Positions 1 to 11,619 of a stretch of 59,479 nt of DNA are shown here, piece by piece. This stretch comes from Octopus bimaculoides. Taxonomy: Eukaryota. A model generated the notes under the pieces. It had not been told where the DNA came from. It did no database searches and saw nothing but the letters and a program-made list of their open reading frames with translations. Location of the stretch: contig NC_068996.1 in NCBI RefSeq assembly GCF_001194135.2, positions 50,903,269-50,962,747 of the forward strand, written 5' to 3'. How positions within the stretch are numbered: the stretch's first letter is position 1; each line of letters opens with the position of its first letter. The translations under genes and the position numbers were made by a program.

Positions 1-296
1 TGAAACAAGTAAAAGATAAAAGATATACTGGGATTGATTTGTTCAACTAAAACCCTTCAAGGTGGTGCCCCAGCATGGCCACATTCCAATGTGTGAAACA
101 AGTAAAAGATAAAAGATATACTGGGATTGATTTGTTCAACTAAAACCCTTCAAGGTGGTGCCCCAGCATGGCCACAGTCCAATGACTGAAACAAGTAAAA
201 GATAAAAGATATACTGGGATTGATTTGTTCAACTAAAGACCTTCAAGGTGGTGCTCCAGCATGGCCACAATCCAGTGACTGAAACAAATAAAAGAT
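1..296 (+). repeat. Tandem array of a 93-bp unit equal to the 3' end of SINE family A (at least 3 units, runs off the window start)
   Basis: TGAAACAA unit starts at 1, 94, 187 and 280. Confidence 0.95.
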
Positions 297-591
297 TACA
301 TAAATTGAAGAATATCAAAATAAGAACAACAACAATAATAATGATCTTGAACTGTAGCACAGATCTGTAGACTCCATGTGATGGATGGAATTGATTTAAT
401 TGTCCATAATAATTAATCATGCAACATCATGTGGTTTGTGAATATTAGCATCATTGGTCAGTTTACTGTATTTTACGATATAAGAAGCAATAAGGGAGTG
501 CTTGGGTAATACGGAGGGAGTAAATGTCACAAGATATGTCTACCAGTTTATTTTCTCCATGAAGTATACATCTGAGAAGCACACACACACA

Positions 592-634
<43 letters not shown>

Positions 635-754
635 TGTAAATTGGGAGACTTTTCAGATTTGAACTTGTAAATAAAAATAATTAATAATTTAATAATGTAG
701 TAATTAGTCTCACACCTTAATATTAAAAGTAGTAGTAGTAGTAGTAGTAGTCGT

Positions 755-965
755 AATAATAATCATTTTTACTATAGGCACAAGGGCTAAAATTTGGGGT
801 AGGGGTAGTTGATTAGATTGACCCTAATACGCAACTGGTACTTAATTTCTTGACCCTGAAAAGCAATGTTGACCTTAGTGGAATTTGAACTCAGAATGTG
901 AAGACAGTCGAAATACATTTAAGAATTTCTCCCAGCATGCTAACAATTCTGCCAGCTCGCCGCCT
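755..965 (-). mobile_element. SINE family B (tRNA-like head GGCGxxGAGCTGGCAGAA...GAGTTCAAATTC)
   Basis: Reverse complement shows A/B-box-like head, GTCAACATTGCTTTTCA...AGTACCAG body and AAT tail. Confidence 0.8.
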
Positions 966-966
966 C

Positions 967-992
967 AATAATAATAATAATAATAAGAAGAA

Positions 993-1034
<42 letters not shown>

Positions 1035-1040
1035 GAATAA

Positions 1041-1080
<40 letters not shown>

Positions 1081-1090
1081 TAATAATAAT
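967..1090. repeat. (AAT)n/(AAG) microsatellite
   Basis: Direct reading; source of the poly-N ORF 898-1083. Confidence 0.95.
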
Positions 1091-1391
1091 GGTTTCTAAT
1101 TTTGGCACAAGGCCAGCAATTTCAGGGCGGTGAGAAGGCATAAGTCAGTTCAACTGACCCCAGTAAAATTCTTTGAAGATTTATTTCTCAAATTTTTTGG
1201 TGGGGGATTTTTTCTTAAGTTTTAAAACTCATAAGGCCAGTTACTCAGTTTCCATGGGATGTAAATAACTGAGATCACAACAATCCCATGAATGGGATGC
1301 TGATCCATTGCAATGTACAAAGGTGTCAATTTTTGAGGTTAAGGGGTCAAGTTGATTGCATTGACCCTCAATACTTGATTGGTACTTTAAT

Positions 1392-1613
1392 TTATTTATT
1401 TCTTTATTGCCCATAGGGGCTAAACATAGAAGAGACAAAGGGATTAGTTTGATTACATCAACCCCAGTGCGTAACTGGTACCTATTTAATCAACTCCGAA
1501 AGGATGAAAGGCAAAGTCGACCTCAGCAGAGTTTGAACTCAGAACGTAACGGCAGATGAAATACTGCTAAGCATTTTGCCCGACGTGCTAACGATTCTGC
1601 CAGTTTGCTGCCC
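1392..1613 (-). mobile_element. SINE family B, younger 3' variant (…TTTAGCCCCT…GGGCAATAAAG tail)
   Basis: Closely matches the copy at 33360-33592. Confidence 0.85.
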
Positions 1614-2687
1614 GTCAATTTATTTTACTTTATTAACTCTGAAAAGGTGAAAGGCAGAGTTGTCCGTGATGTGATTTGAACTCAGAACATAAAGATCTAG
1701 AATAAATGCCACTAATCATTTTGTTGCAATGTACTAATGAATCTACCAGCTTACCACCACCTTAGTTGTCAGGTTAGGAATGTCATACTGAAAAAATGGC
1801 ATCATAAAAATAACATCAGTAGTGGATATGAAGTTATAATTCAAATTCCTGACAGTTTTTACCTTATCTACCTGCTAATTCTGTGACCTACATTAGGATT
1901 AGTTATATAATTTCCCTTAAATAACTTCTTTCTGTTAACCACACCTCACACTGCAAAAGAAAAATAGAAAGTTACTACAGTTGTTCATTAGGATAGTAAT
2001 TATATTCATTTGGATCTACATTAACCAGCAGGGGTCCCTGACAGAAAATTGATGGATCAAGACTTCTTTCGGATTTTATCTGCCAAATCCATTTGCAAAG
2101 CTTTGTTCAATCCAGGGCTCTAGTAGAAGACATCTGCTCAGGGTGTCAAGAAGTGGAACTAAACTCGGAACTATATAGTCGTGCCACCTCTGTGTGAGTG
2201 TGTGTGTGTGTGTGTGCATGGGGGGATCCTATCAGAATTCATTAGCCCCTGGGCTACTGTATTAGTTAAACCTCCTGCTTATACACCCTTAATATTGTAA
2301 TATTTAGTGCAATATCTAAAAGGAACTGTTGCACTGGTTCTCAAAATGATGAAAACCAGGCTAGGTCAGGCCAGGTTCCCACCTAGATATCAGGGAAATT
2401 CCTTTGGCATCACATCCCTCTTTTTTATCAACAAGATGACAAAATAGATTTTTGCATCTGTGTAATTTTCTTCTTTCTTAACCATACTGTTTGACAGGTT
2501 TAAAAGTTGGAAACCGTCGTAATTTCATTAAACATGACAATTTGTCCGCCCCCTTTTCAGTCTTCACACACCTACCCTAGGGCTGATTGTGGTGGTGGTG
2601 ATGGTGGTGGTGGTGGATGACTGTCTGCCCCAATCGTATGAGAAGTACTTAACTATATTAATTTTATTGTTTTTTTTAATCATTATT

Positions 2688-2871
2688 ATCATCATCATCA
2701 TCATCATAGTTTAACGTCCGCTTTCCATGCTAGCATGGGTTGGACGATTTGACTGAGGACTGGTGAAACCGGATGGCAACACCAGGCTCCAATCTGATTT
2801 GGCAGAGTTTCTACAGCTGGATGCCCTTCCTAACGCCAACCACTTCGAGAGTGTAAACTCCGAGAGTGTAA
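2688..2871 (-). mobile_element. SINE family C 3' fragment (AGGAAGGGCATCCAGCTGTAGAAAC … GGAAAGCGGACGTTAAAC (GAT)n tail)
   Basis: Near-identical to copies at 49722 and 59272. Confidence 0.9.
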
Positions 2872-2900
2872 CGATTTTTATTATCAATAATGATTCAAAA

Positions 2901-3122
2901 GATGGTGAGCTGGCAGAATTGTTAGCATGTTGGACAAAATGCTTAGTGGTATTTTACCAGTCACTACCATCTGAGTTCAAATTCTGCTGAGGTCGACTTT
3001 GCCTTTCATCCTTTCGAGGTTGATAAATTAAGCACTAGTGAATCACTGGGGTCAATGTAATCGACTAATTCCCTCCCCCCAAATTTCAGGCCTTGTGCCT
3101 ATCATAGAAAGGATTACTATTA
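2901..3122 (+). mobile_element. SINE family B
   Basis: GGTGAGCTGGCAGAATTGTTAGC…GAGTTCAAATTC…GCCTTTCATCCTTTCG…AGGCCTTGTGCC. Confidence 0.85.
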
Positions 3123-3150
3123 ATAACGATTCTGCCAGTTTGCTACCCTA

Positions 3151-3365
3151 GTGTCGAACTGGCAGACTTGTTAGTATGTCAGACAAAATGCTGCTAGGTA
3201 TTTTGTCTGTCTTTACATTCTGAGTTCAAATTCTACTGAGGTTGACTTTACCTTTCATCATTTCAGGACTCAAAGGAAAAAGTAAAATAAATACCAGATG
3301 AGTACTGGGGTCGAGGTTATTAACCGAACTTGCTGGCCTTGTGCCAAAATTTGAAATTAATAATA
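3151..3365 (+). mobile_element. SINE family B
   Basis: Same head, body and tail motifs. Confidence 0.8.
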
Positions 3366-3617
3366 ATATTAATTCAAAAGAAAAAAGAATTATCCAAATA
3401 TCAAATAAGATAGATAACTGTAAGAAACTCGTAAAATGGATATTTTCTTTATTGTCTGTTTTTGTTAAGAATTGCTCTCGTTTTTTTTATTTTTGTTTTG
3501 TGAAAAAATGAAAATAAGGGAAATATTTCATTTTTTTTTTTCTGTTTGTGTGAGGATTAAGGATTTTGTCCTGAGCCTCAGGTTATGATTGTGGTTTACG
3601 TTCCATATTCTTCCTTG

Positions 3618-4066
3618 TATTCTTTTACTTGTTTCACTCATTGGAGTGTGGCAATGCTGGGGCACCATCTTGAAGAGTTTTCAGTTGATTGAACCAAGCC
3701 CAGTACATTGTTCTTTTTTCAAACCTGATACTTAATCTGTCAATCTCTTCTGTCATGCTGCTAAATTATGGGGGAGTGTAAACAAACCAACACCGCTTGT
3801 CAAGCGATGGGGAAAGGAGACAAACACAAAGACTCACATGTGTGTATGTGTGTGTCCATATATATATATATATATACACATACATACATATGTGTGTGTG
3901 TGTGTGTGTGTGTATGACAGGCTTCTTTTGGTTTCCCTGTACCAAATTCACTAAGTCTTGATCTATCCAGGGTTTTAGTAGAAGACACTCCCCCAATGTG
4001 CCATGCAGTTGGACCAAACCCGGAACCGTGTGGTTGGGAAACAAGCTTCTTAACCACACAGCCGCA
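3618..4066 (-). mobile_element. SINE family A (tRNA head, CORE-like CCTTGGGCAAGT region, internal TA/TG microsatellite, TGAAACAAGTAAAAG tail), near full length
   Basis: All segments present in reverse complement. Confidence 0.85.
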
Positions 4067-4399
4067 CTAAGTGATGTTTACATTATTAGTTAGTATTATG
4101 TAAACACTGGCAAGGAATCTAATACTGAGGTCAGACATTCCAGGAATGTTCTGGCAAGCTAGCTTAGCAATTCATTCCATTGCAAGCTGAATAAGAAAAC
4201 ACTTTGAAATTGTGGGTTTTCAAATGCTAAATCGTTAAATTCATTTTGTGAGTATCTCTTCACCGTCTTCAATAAATGTCATTAATTCTCTTAAATGATA
4301 AACTCAAATTATTAACTTTTCACTTCTTTTTTGCAACTAATTGATAAGAAGATAATAAAAAGTTCCGTTAACATATAAGGCAGATAAATTTCTCTGCAG

Positions 4400-4431
4400 A
4401 CCAGATACTATTTATTGTTAATTGCTTCCAG
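4400..4431 (+). CDS. Candidate small exon upstream of the main exon (xQILFIVNCFQ, phase 1 to 0)
   Basis: ttctctgcAG acceptor and CAG|GTATGT donor; exit phase is compatible with exon 5122. Splice signals only. Confidence 0.2.
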
Positions 4432-4676
4432 GTATGTGTACATTGTCAACAGTTTGTTAAGTTAGCTAAAATGCTCATACTCCCTAAAGTGATGTCTTAA
4501 ATTCTCTTTGTAAATGATTATAGTAAATGAAATATTGTTTCTTTGTGTTGTAGCTATTTTAATTGTTTCAGCATACTCACGTGCACGCTGGCATTCTTAT
4601 ACACACTCGTCCTATATACACGCAAATATTTTTCCACACAGACATATATTTAATTACGCATGTATATATTGCATGT

Positions 4677-4709
<33 letters not shown>

Positions 4710-5121
4710 CTATATGTAAGATGCAGACACAGTAATATTTAGAGCTGTACAATATTTCATTACAGTATCAAAGACAGATAACCTGTACTCATATTCAGGT
4801 AAAGTTAATGCAACCTTCTTTTAATACATAATATGTTTTCCATGTAGCTGGCAAGCATATTACTTTCTATTATTACACCTGGCAGGTATGCTGTTTTGGT
4901 TCTCAAGTTTAACTGATCTGTTTTTTACTGTGGAGGCCTGTGATAAGTGATGTTTTCGAGTCTGGCAGATACCTTACCAAAGTTTAACTGAAAATAACTT
5001 CCTGTATTTGTTTATTGGTTTTCATTGATAACAGTATCAGTATCATGTGCCTGTTTCTATTGTTATCTAAACTACCTAATTTATCAAGTCTTATGTTGGC
5101 TAAACACTTTTCTATTTAAAG

Positions 5122-5605
5122 GAAACTGTAAATCAAGAGGCACCGAATCATGAAGAATTTGAAGAGCAGCAAAGGAGCAATGGAAATCTTCAGCAGAATT
5201 ACGAGAGCAGCTATAATGGATACATATCAAACGATCCCAATCATACGTGGCCTAGAAAGAGGCGTCCAAAAAGCTGGACATCTCAGTCAAATTATAGTTC
5301 TCAGCATACTGAGGAGAAGAAAAGATCTTCTTACCATGTAGAGTCCACTGTTGATGCTGAGCAGGACTATCTCAACAGTATTCCACCGTCCATAATGAAG
5401 CCTTCACATTCTACTCTTGGAAATTTACAAAGCCAAAATAATAACGTTTCATACACAAAAAGTGACTTTGTTTCTATGGAGGGTGTACCATCAGCTCCTG
5501 AAAAGACACAACCACCAGTGAGTCACAACCAGATTTCAGTGAAATCTCCTTCATACTCTGAGGCTGGTGGAGCAAATGAAAATAATACCTACCGAACTAG
5601 AAATG
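5122..5605 (+). CDS. Internal coding exon (phase 0 to phase 1) of an unidentified gene; disordered S/N/Q/E-rich segment ETVNQEAPNHEEF...TWPRKRRPKSWTSQS...NNTYRTRN
   Basis: 161 open codons plus 1 nt. Acceptor ttttctatttaaAG at 5120-21, with an in-frame TAA at 5101 just upstream. Donor G|GTAAGA at 5606. Higher GC and non-repetitive compared with the flanks. No family motif recognised. Confidence 0.85.
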
Positions 5606-6272
5606 GTAAGAACATATACTTCATTATTATTATTATTATTCTTGTTATTGTAATCCATTTTCCATCCCTCTTGCTATTATTGTTATTTCAAGTGCCTTTT
5701 CTTTTTTATATTGTGGGCTTTTGTGCCACTACTGTGTGCAGTTTTGTGTATCTTGGATATAAGCAGTGTTTTGTTTTGGTTTTGTGTTGGCTATAGTATT
5801 GACAGTACTCTGTGATACATGTACAGTGTCTAGAACTGCTATTTTCTGTACATACGTGTAAGATCCGTGTTTGGTTATATACTTGTCTGCATTTAACCAT
5901 TCACATGGAACCTATCATAAAAGAGATTGTTTCTGCTTTCAGTCACCCTCTCCATTCTAATAATCTCTGTTTTTCAGATCTTTATCTACAGATAATTTCT
6001 CCATTTCTTTTAGCAACACATTATCATCCGTTGAAACTGATCATTCAGTTAAGAGGCACTTCATTTCCTTGTGAGCCTTCACAACTATATCTGATTGATT
6101 TGCTATAAATTTCCCTCTCTTTGAGAATTGGCATTCCTCACATAAGAGTAATTTTGTCATTCTCCAAGATCTTTTCTCATACATACACATAACATATAGC
6201 ATCTCTTTTCTGTGGATATTTTATAAAACCAACATAATTCCTTACCTATAAAAGCTCTAACTCTGTCATATG

Positions 6273-6323
<51 letters not shown>

Positions 6324-7065
6324 TTTGGTCAAAACAGCTGGCCGGCCAGAACAATGCAATTATATTTTTTCACTTCCTCCATATGTTTTTTGTATATTTC
6401 TTTTTATCTGATTACCAGATAAGTTTTATATAAATTGGAAGGTATGCATCCAAATGCTGAAGGCTAACACCTATTTTAAGAAAAATACTTCAACCACACA
6501 TATGCACATTAAATTTTACTATTTCTCAAATATATCTGTGTGTTTCTTTAAACTTCACTTGTTCATGTTTTTACAAAAATAATCTTGCTTCATCACAGTA
6601 GTACCAAATATAAAAAAATCGTGTGTGATGGATACATTATTTAAATGTCATAAAGGCTTTGATATATAAGCTGTCATTATGTCGATTATTGAGGTGGTAT
6701 TGTTATATTTGTCATTGAAAACATCTGGCTTTTTGCATGCTAGGAAGTGTTATGTCTATAAATTAAAATTTCATAAGATGTTTGCATTGCCATTTTCTAA
6801 GAGAAATGGAGGTTTATAAGGTTATCAGTGAAGTTTTACTATAAGGAAAGGAAATTGAATGCCATTCTACATGTAATGTGCGTGTGTGTGTGTAGAAGTA
6901 TGTATGTATCTTTGTATGTAAGTACATTAATATTTAAGTGTTGGGTATGTTCCTATTTTTATCGAGATAAAGTACGTTCACTGTCTATGGCTATCTGGTG
7001 TCATCCACAGTAATTAGACAATTGCCACTGGATCTACTTCAGGAAATTCTCGTTGTACGTTGAGC

Positions 7066-7360
7066 ATAAAACAAATGATAGAGACAGAAAATGCAGTACA
7101 TGGGGAAACTTTATTGCTCACAATAATCATTTCAACACATCCTGCATTGATCTTTCACAGGTGGGGAACTATACTACTTGTTGTGGTACATCATCGGGTG
7201 ATGTAGCACCTGATGAGCTGCTTCTGCACTGAAGGATGCACCACAACTAGTTGCATTATTTTCCACCCATGAGGGATCAATGCAGGATGGGTTGAAATGA
7301 TCCTTGTGAGCAGTAAAGTTACCCGTGTATTCTGTTTTCCATCTATATCGTTTGTTTTGT
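7066..7360. repeat. ~295-bp imperfect palindrome (arms ~135 bp)
   Basis: 7127-7152 TCATTTCAACACATCCTGCATTGATC versus reverse complement of 7275-7300 differs at 1/26; similarity continues to both outer ends. Confidence 0.9.
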
Positions 7361-8213
7361 GTGTGTGTGTAAGTATATGTGTGTATGCATGTGTGTGTGT
7401 GTTTAAGTGTGTGTATGTGTGCAAATGTGTGTGTGTGTGTATGTGTGCAAGTGTGTGTGTGTGTGTGCAAGTGTGTGTGTGTGTGTGTTTGTATATGTCT
7501 GTTTAAGTTTGTGCGTGTGTAAGTGTGTGTGTGTGTGCAAGTGTGTGTGTGTCATAGAATCTGGAGCAACCTCAGGCTGCTTGGTTTCAGAAGGGTTAAT
7601 ACTTTTCTGATTTTTCTGAAAATAAATATATTTACATGTGTTATTTTTTATTTAAATTGTAGGGGGAAATCAAAGATCTGATCACTTTAAACTAAAGAAA
7701 CCCAGCTTCATTATCTGAGTAATCAAAGAGTTAAGGTTGATGATAATTTCTCTCTAATAAATTACACGAGTTCATGCAAACAAAATGAATTGGTCCAGTG
7801 AATGTGTCTCTATATGAAAGACCCAACGGATGAACTTCTATGTGGAAATATCCCTTAAACCACACTTTGTCTTTGAGAAGGCCATACATGTTGCATAACA
7901 TGGTTTTGGGTTGTCTGTGCATCAGGAAATAAAGATTATGGTCATTCTCAAGATGCTTTTAGTCATAGGCCTGCTAGGTCGTAGCTCATATGGGCCTAAA
8001 CAAGAAGGGTATCTCTTCATAGCTGCTTAACTGCTAGAAATAGCAGTCAGTTTTCCTTCAAATAATATCTTAGAAAAGAAAAAGAACAGAAACCTTGATG
8101 CAGTCTTAGATACACTGTCTGAATTAGGGATGGATTGATCATGGCTGGAAAACGATCATAGGTGAAATATCTATATAAACCAAGACAGAAAGTTGCCTTT
8201 CTCGTTTGGTTCT

Positions 8214-8360
8214 TTAATCCTTCATTATTCAGATTATTCTCCCAAACTTGTTTTCATTTAATCATGCATTATCTTATGATCTGATTGTGTATTTCTAGGA
8301 TGACATTGTTGGATACGTGTGAAAGGCTGGATATGGCAGCTTTAAAAACTAAATGGTTGA
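8214..8360 (+). mobile_element. Decayed, internally deleted piggyBac-type MITE family 2
   Basis: Shares ATTCAGATTA…ATCATGCATTATCT…ATGACATTGT…GATATGG blocks with 52342-52985 and 59120. Confidence 0.55.
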
Positions 8361-9274
8361 CTCTGTAAATTAGATTTAAATTATGTATCTTGAAATTAAG
8401 TTCACGATGACTTAACCAACACATAGGAACAATATATTGCTACAAAGTTTGTGTATTGAGAATATCTTTTTAAAATAAATGTTTGTTTTGCTAAAGTGTA
8501 AAATTTGTATTTTTGCTTATCAATCTTAACAACTGAAGAAAATGAAGAAGAAAAGTTTTGTAGCGGAAAAAGAAGAATAGAATAAGCATGTAAAAGAGAG
8601 AGAGAGAGAGATTTAAAAATAACATTAAATAAGTAAGTAATACCAGTTGTGGAGCAAAAAATAAGAAAATTGCATGGATTCTATTAGTCATCATTGTTGT
8701 CTAACTGTATGGTGTAAGCTGTGTTCTTCAAAGCTGAAGAAAAAACACGGTTGGAGATGTGTTCTAAGAGGAACACATCATGGGATGATGGAATGTCTGT
8801 TGATTAGGCTAAGTAAAGTTAGGAATAGTTTAGATGTTTATTTTCTGCAAGAAATTTTTGTCTGGAATTTATGGCTGTCTTTTGGCAAGCGTTTACATGA
8901 TGAAAAAAGTAATTAAAACAAATGGTGAAATCTTATATTTGTAATAATTTTGTGATGTCTTCAGGTGCTTATTTTGTAACAGCACAAGATTCATTCGCTA
9001 TAATTAATTTTGATGATAAAGGAAATGTATAACTCAAAATTTAATTCCAGGTTCTAATTATCTTGGAGTCGGAGTGGAGAGGTCATCTTCATAATGACAT
9101 AACTGGTCATACATAAATATTTATATATTTTCTATTTTGATCTTTGTCTTTTTTTTTTTTAATTTTTTTTATTTTAGTAAGGTATGATATTGCCCAGTAG
9201 CTGGAAGTTGGCCAGATATGTTTGTGTGTGTAGGATGGGTGTTTGTATGTATGTGTATATATATATATATATAT

Positions 9275-9430
9275 TGAACCCAACCCTGGGTTCTCATTCC
9301 TAAGGTTTTGTTTTTTTTGCTGATGTTGTTATTATTATTATTTATTCAAGGCACTGCTTGGAATTGAACTCACAATTTTGGAGTTAGTAGCCTGTGCTCT
9401 TAACCATTACACTATATGCCTGTGGGCAAT
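9275..9430 (-). mobile_element. Short tRNA-derived SINE (separate family)
   Basis: Reverse complement GCATATAGTGTAATGGTTAAGAGCAC…GTGAGTTCAATTCC (A and B boxes). Confidence 0.6.
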
Positions 9431-9459
9431 TATTGAGTGAATTTTAGGGCTTATAAACC

Positions 9460-9722
9460 TAATATTTTCCTATCCTTCCTTAAGACTGGTTCCCTTATAC
9501 TATTCATATCTGCTCTCGGTCTGCTTAGGAGGTTGTTGTGTCCTAACTTATGTGCTGCTTCTTTTAGTCTTCGTATTTTCCAGTGGTGTTCTCTCTATTA
9601 TTTTAACTTCATCCCACAGGGGACGGTGGTCTCCGCTTTTCCATACACGATCAGCTATACCTGATATGAGGACACATATCCGTCCAATGTAAATAATGTA
9701 CAGAACTCCTCATCTCATAAAT
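9460..9722 (-). mobile_element. Penelope-like element remnant, GIY-YIG endonuclease C-terminal part (frameshifted, internally deleted)
   Basis: Minus translation IYEM…YIG…SGIADRVWKSGDHRPLWDEVKIIE/HHWKIRRLKEAAHKLGHNNLLSRP matches the PLE endonuclease pattern (…IAEH.W…H…W..VKI…KEA.HI). Confidence 0.75.
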
Positions 9723-10067
9723 AGAGAACAATATATATTGGTTGTTGTTTTTAAAAGCACATATCACCTTCTCATGTTAGATACAAATATTTTTTTATGG
9801 TGTTCCTTTAATCTTCAGAGGAAATCTACCTTTGTCACTTGATACAGTTGCTGTAGCTATTTTCTTTGTCATTAGAAATAATTTATGATGTTTAGTGGAG
9901 CACGAAACAACTCGCATACTACATCACACTTCAATACCTACAACATAATCGTTTCTTAAAGTTGTTAGACTAAATCCCAGACTAAAGACTGCCAAACATA
10001 GAACTATTACAACTTCAATGGTAGCAATTCTGATGAGTTAATTAATTAATGGGTGTCATTATTGATA

Positions 10068-10290
10068 AAATGGCAAGCTGGCAGAATTAATAGTATGCCG
10101 GCCAAAATACTTAGCAGCATTTCATTTGTCTTTACGTTCAGTGTTCAAATTTTGCAGAGATTGACTTTTCTTTTTCATCCTTTCAGGTTGAATAAAATTA
10201 GCCCCAGTTCAACACTGGGGCTGATGTAGTTAACTTACTCCTCTACCAAAATTGCTGGCCTTGTGCCCAAATTTGAAACCTATTATTATC
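10068..10290 (+). mobile_element. SINE family B
   Basis: Head, body and tail motifs. Confidence 0.8.
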
Positions 10291-11619
10291 TTTATTGACA
10301 ATAATGTGGTAGACAACCCGCTATTCTACTACATTATTAAATGTCAATGAATGTTTAAATATAAAGTAATATGAGGTTGATATACTTTACATGCATCTAT
10401 GTATAACACACACACATATGCAAAATTTATCTGAAGCCACTCTTTTAGATAAAGGAGTTGCCATTACTTGATAACTGGTAGGTACCAGGTTTTTGCAGTT
10501 GCTGTAATGGTTTAGATTATTAGCTTGCCTGGAAAGGGCAGGTGGCAACAGGAAGGGCATCAAGTTTTTAGAAACTCTTCTTCAATATCCTCTCTTCTGA
10601 CCCATGCAAACATGGAAAACTGGATGTTAAAGTGATGATCATCAGAAATGGTCACCATGTGCCTCACCAGTGTCTCTCTACCCTTGTCCATATTTTCCCT
10701 GCAAGCACCAGTCTTTAGAAAGTCATGCTGAACATGAACTGTATTGACATCACCAGTTTGGGAACGGCTGAATTCAAGTTCAAGCAGAGTTGCCCTTGTT
10801 TTCCATTTCTCAACACCTTAACCCCTAACCATATAGAGTGTCTAGAGTAACTACCCGTATATATTGGGTTTGATTTGATCAACTGTAGCCAATAGCCACC
10901 TTGTTATAGTTTGTCATTTCGTGCTGATATAAGGAATCGATTGGAACAGTCTCAGCATAGTTAATGAGATGTGTATATGTTGGTGAACAAAATCTATTGA
11001 AATATAATTATCTCTTGTAATATTTGTTAACAATTACAAATAGTGCTTCATTTGCTTTGAAAAGTGAAAGTGTTTGTGGTATAATTTCTACTCGTGTTGG
11101 GTTAGCCAAAAGCACAAATTGTGACTGATAGCTTATAGTCTGGCAATTGACATGACACATGTGAGTTTAGACAAGAGTAGACAAAGTATGCATATGAATT
11201 TGGTCTTTTCCAATCAATACTTGCCTGACACAAGCCTACGAGCCATAGGACACAGGCAACAACATTGATCAATTGGCCAGAACAGTTTAAAAAAAAAAAA
11301 AAATTGTAGATGTAATTTTAATCAATGTTGTAACTAGAATGATGTCTACACTTTTTACAGTATTTAGTTTTTATTGGTAAGAGAGCAAGAGAGATTGTGG
11401 GGGGAAATGACTCATTGCTCAAGAATTGATCCAGCTTCTTTGGATCAATGAGGTTGCATGAGTTGAAGCGAAGGTTAACACAGATGATTGAATGAATGAT
11501 AATATACGCAGAATGCTACAACTGTTTTGGTTGAAGCTAACAAGAGAATTTCTTATACATGGTTGCTTGACTTGCTAGAAACTGCAACCAAATAGCTCTC
11601 TACATTGCATCCTACCACC

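Noticed and set aside
1-296. CRISPR-like appearance of the regular repeats
   Set aside because: No variable spacers; units are contiguous SINE tails in a eukaryotic genome.
2498-2581. Good acceptor followed by GLKVGNRR… (superficially PDZ-like)
   Set aside because: The frame stops after 27 codons, there is only a weak internal donor, and no other domain residues are present.
7209-7240. CTGATGAG hammerhead-like or C-box-like motif inside the palindrome
   Set aside because: No downstream GAAA or stem II for a hammerhead; the C-to-D box distance (about 20 nt) is too short for a snoRNA.
8707-8790. WCKLCSSKL…H, resembling a BED zinc finger
   Set aside because: Only a CxxC; no further transposase similarity recognisable.
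8965-9033. Phase-1-compatible acceptor giving GAYFVTAQDSFAIINFDDKGNV*
   Set aside because: Cannot be distinguished from a chance AG; same for 17777 (ALYVTSEESANQLA*).
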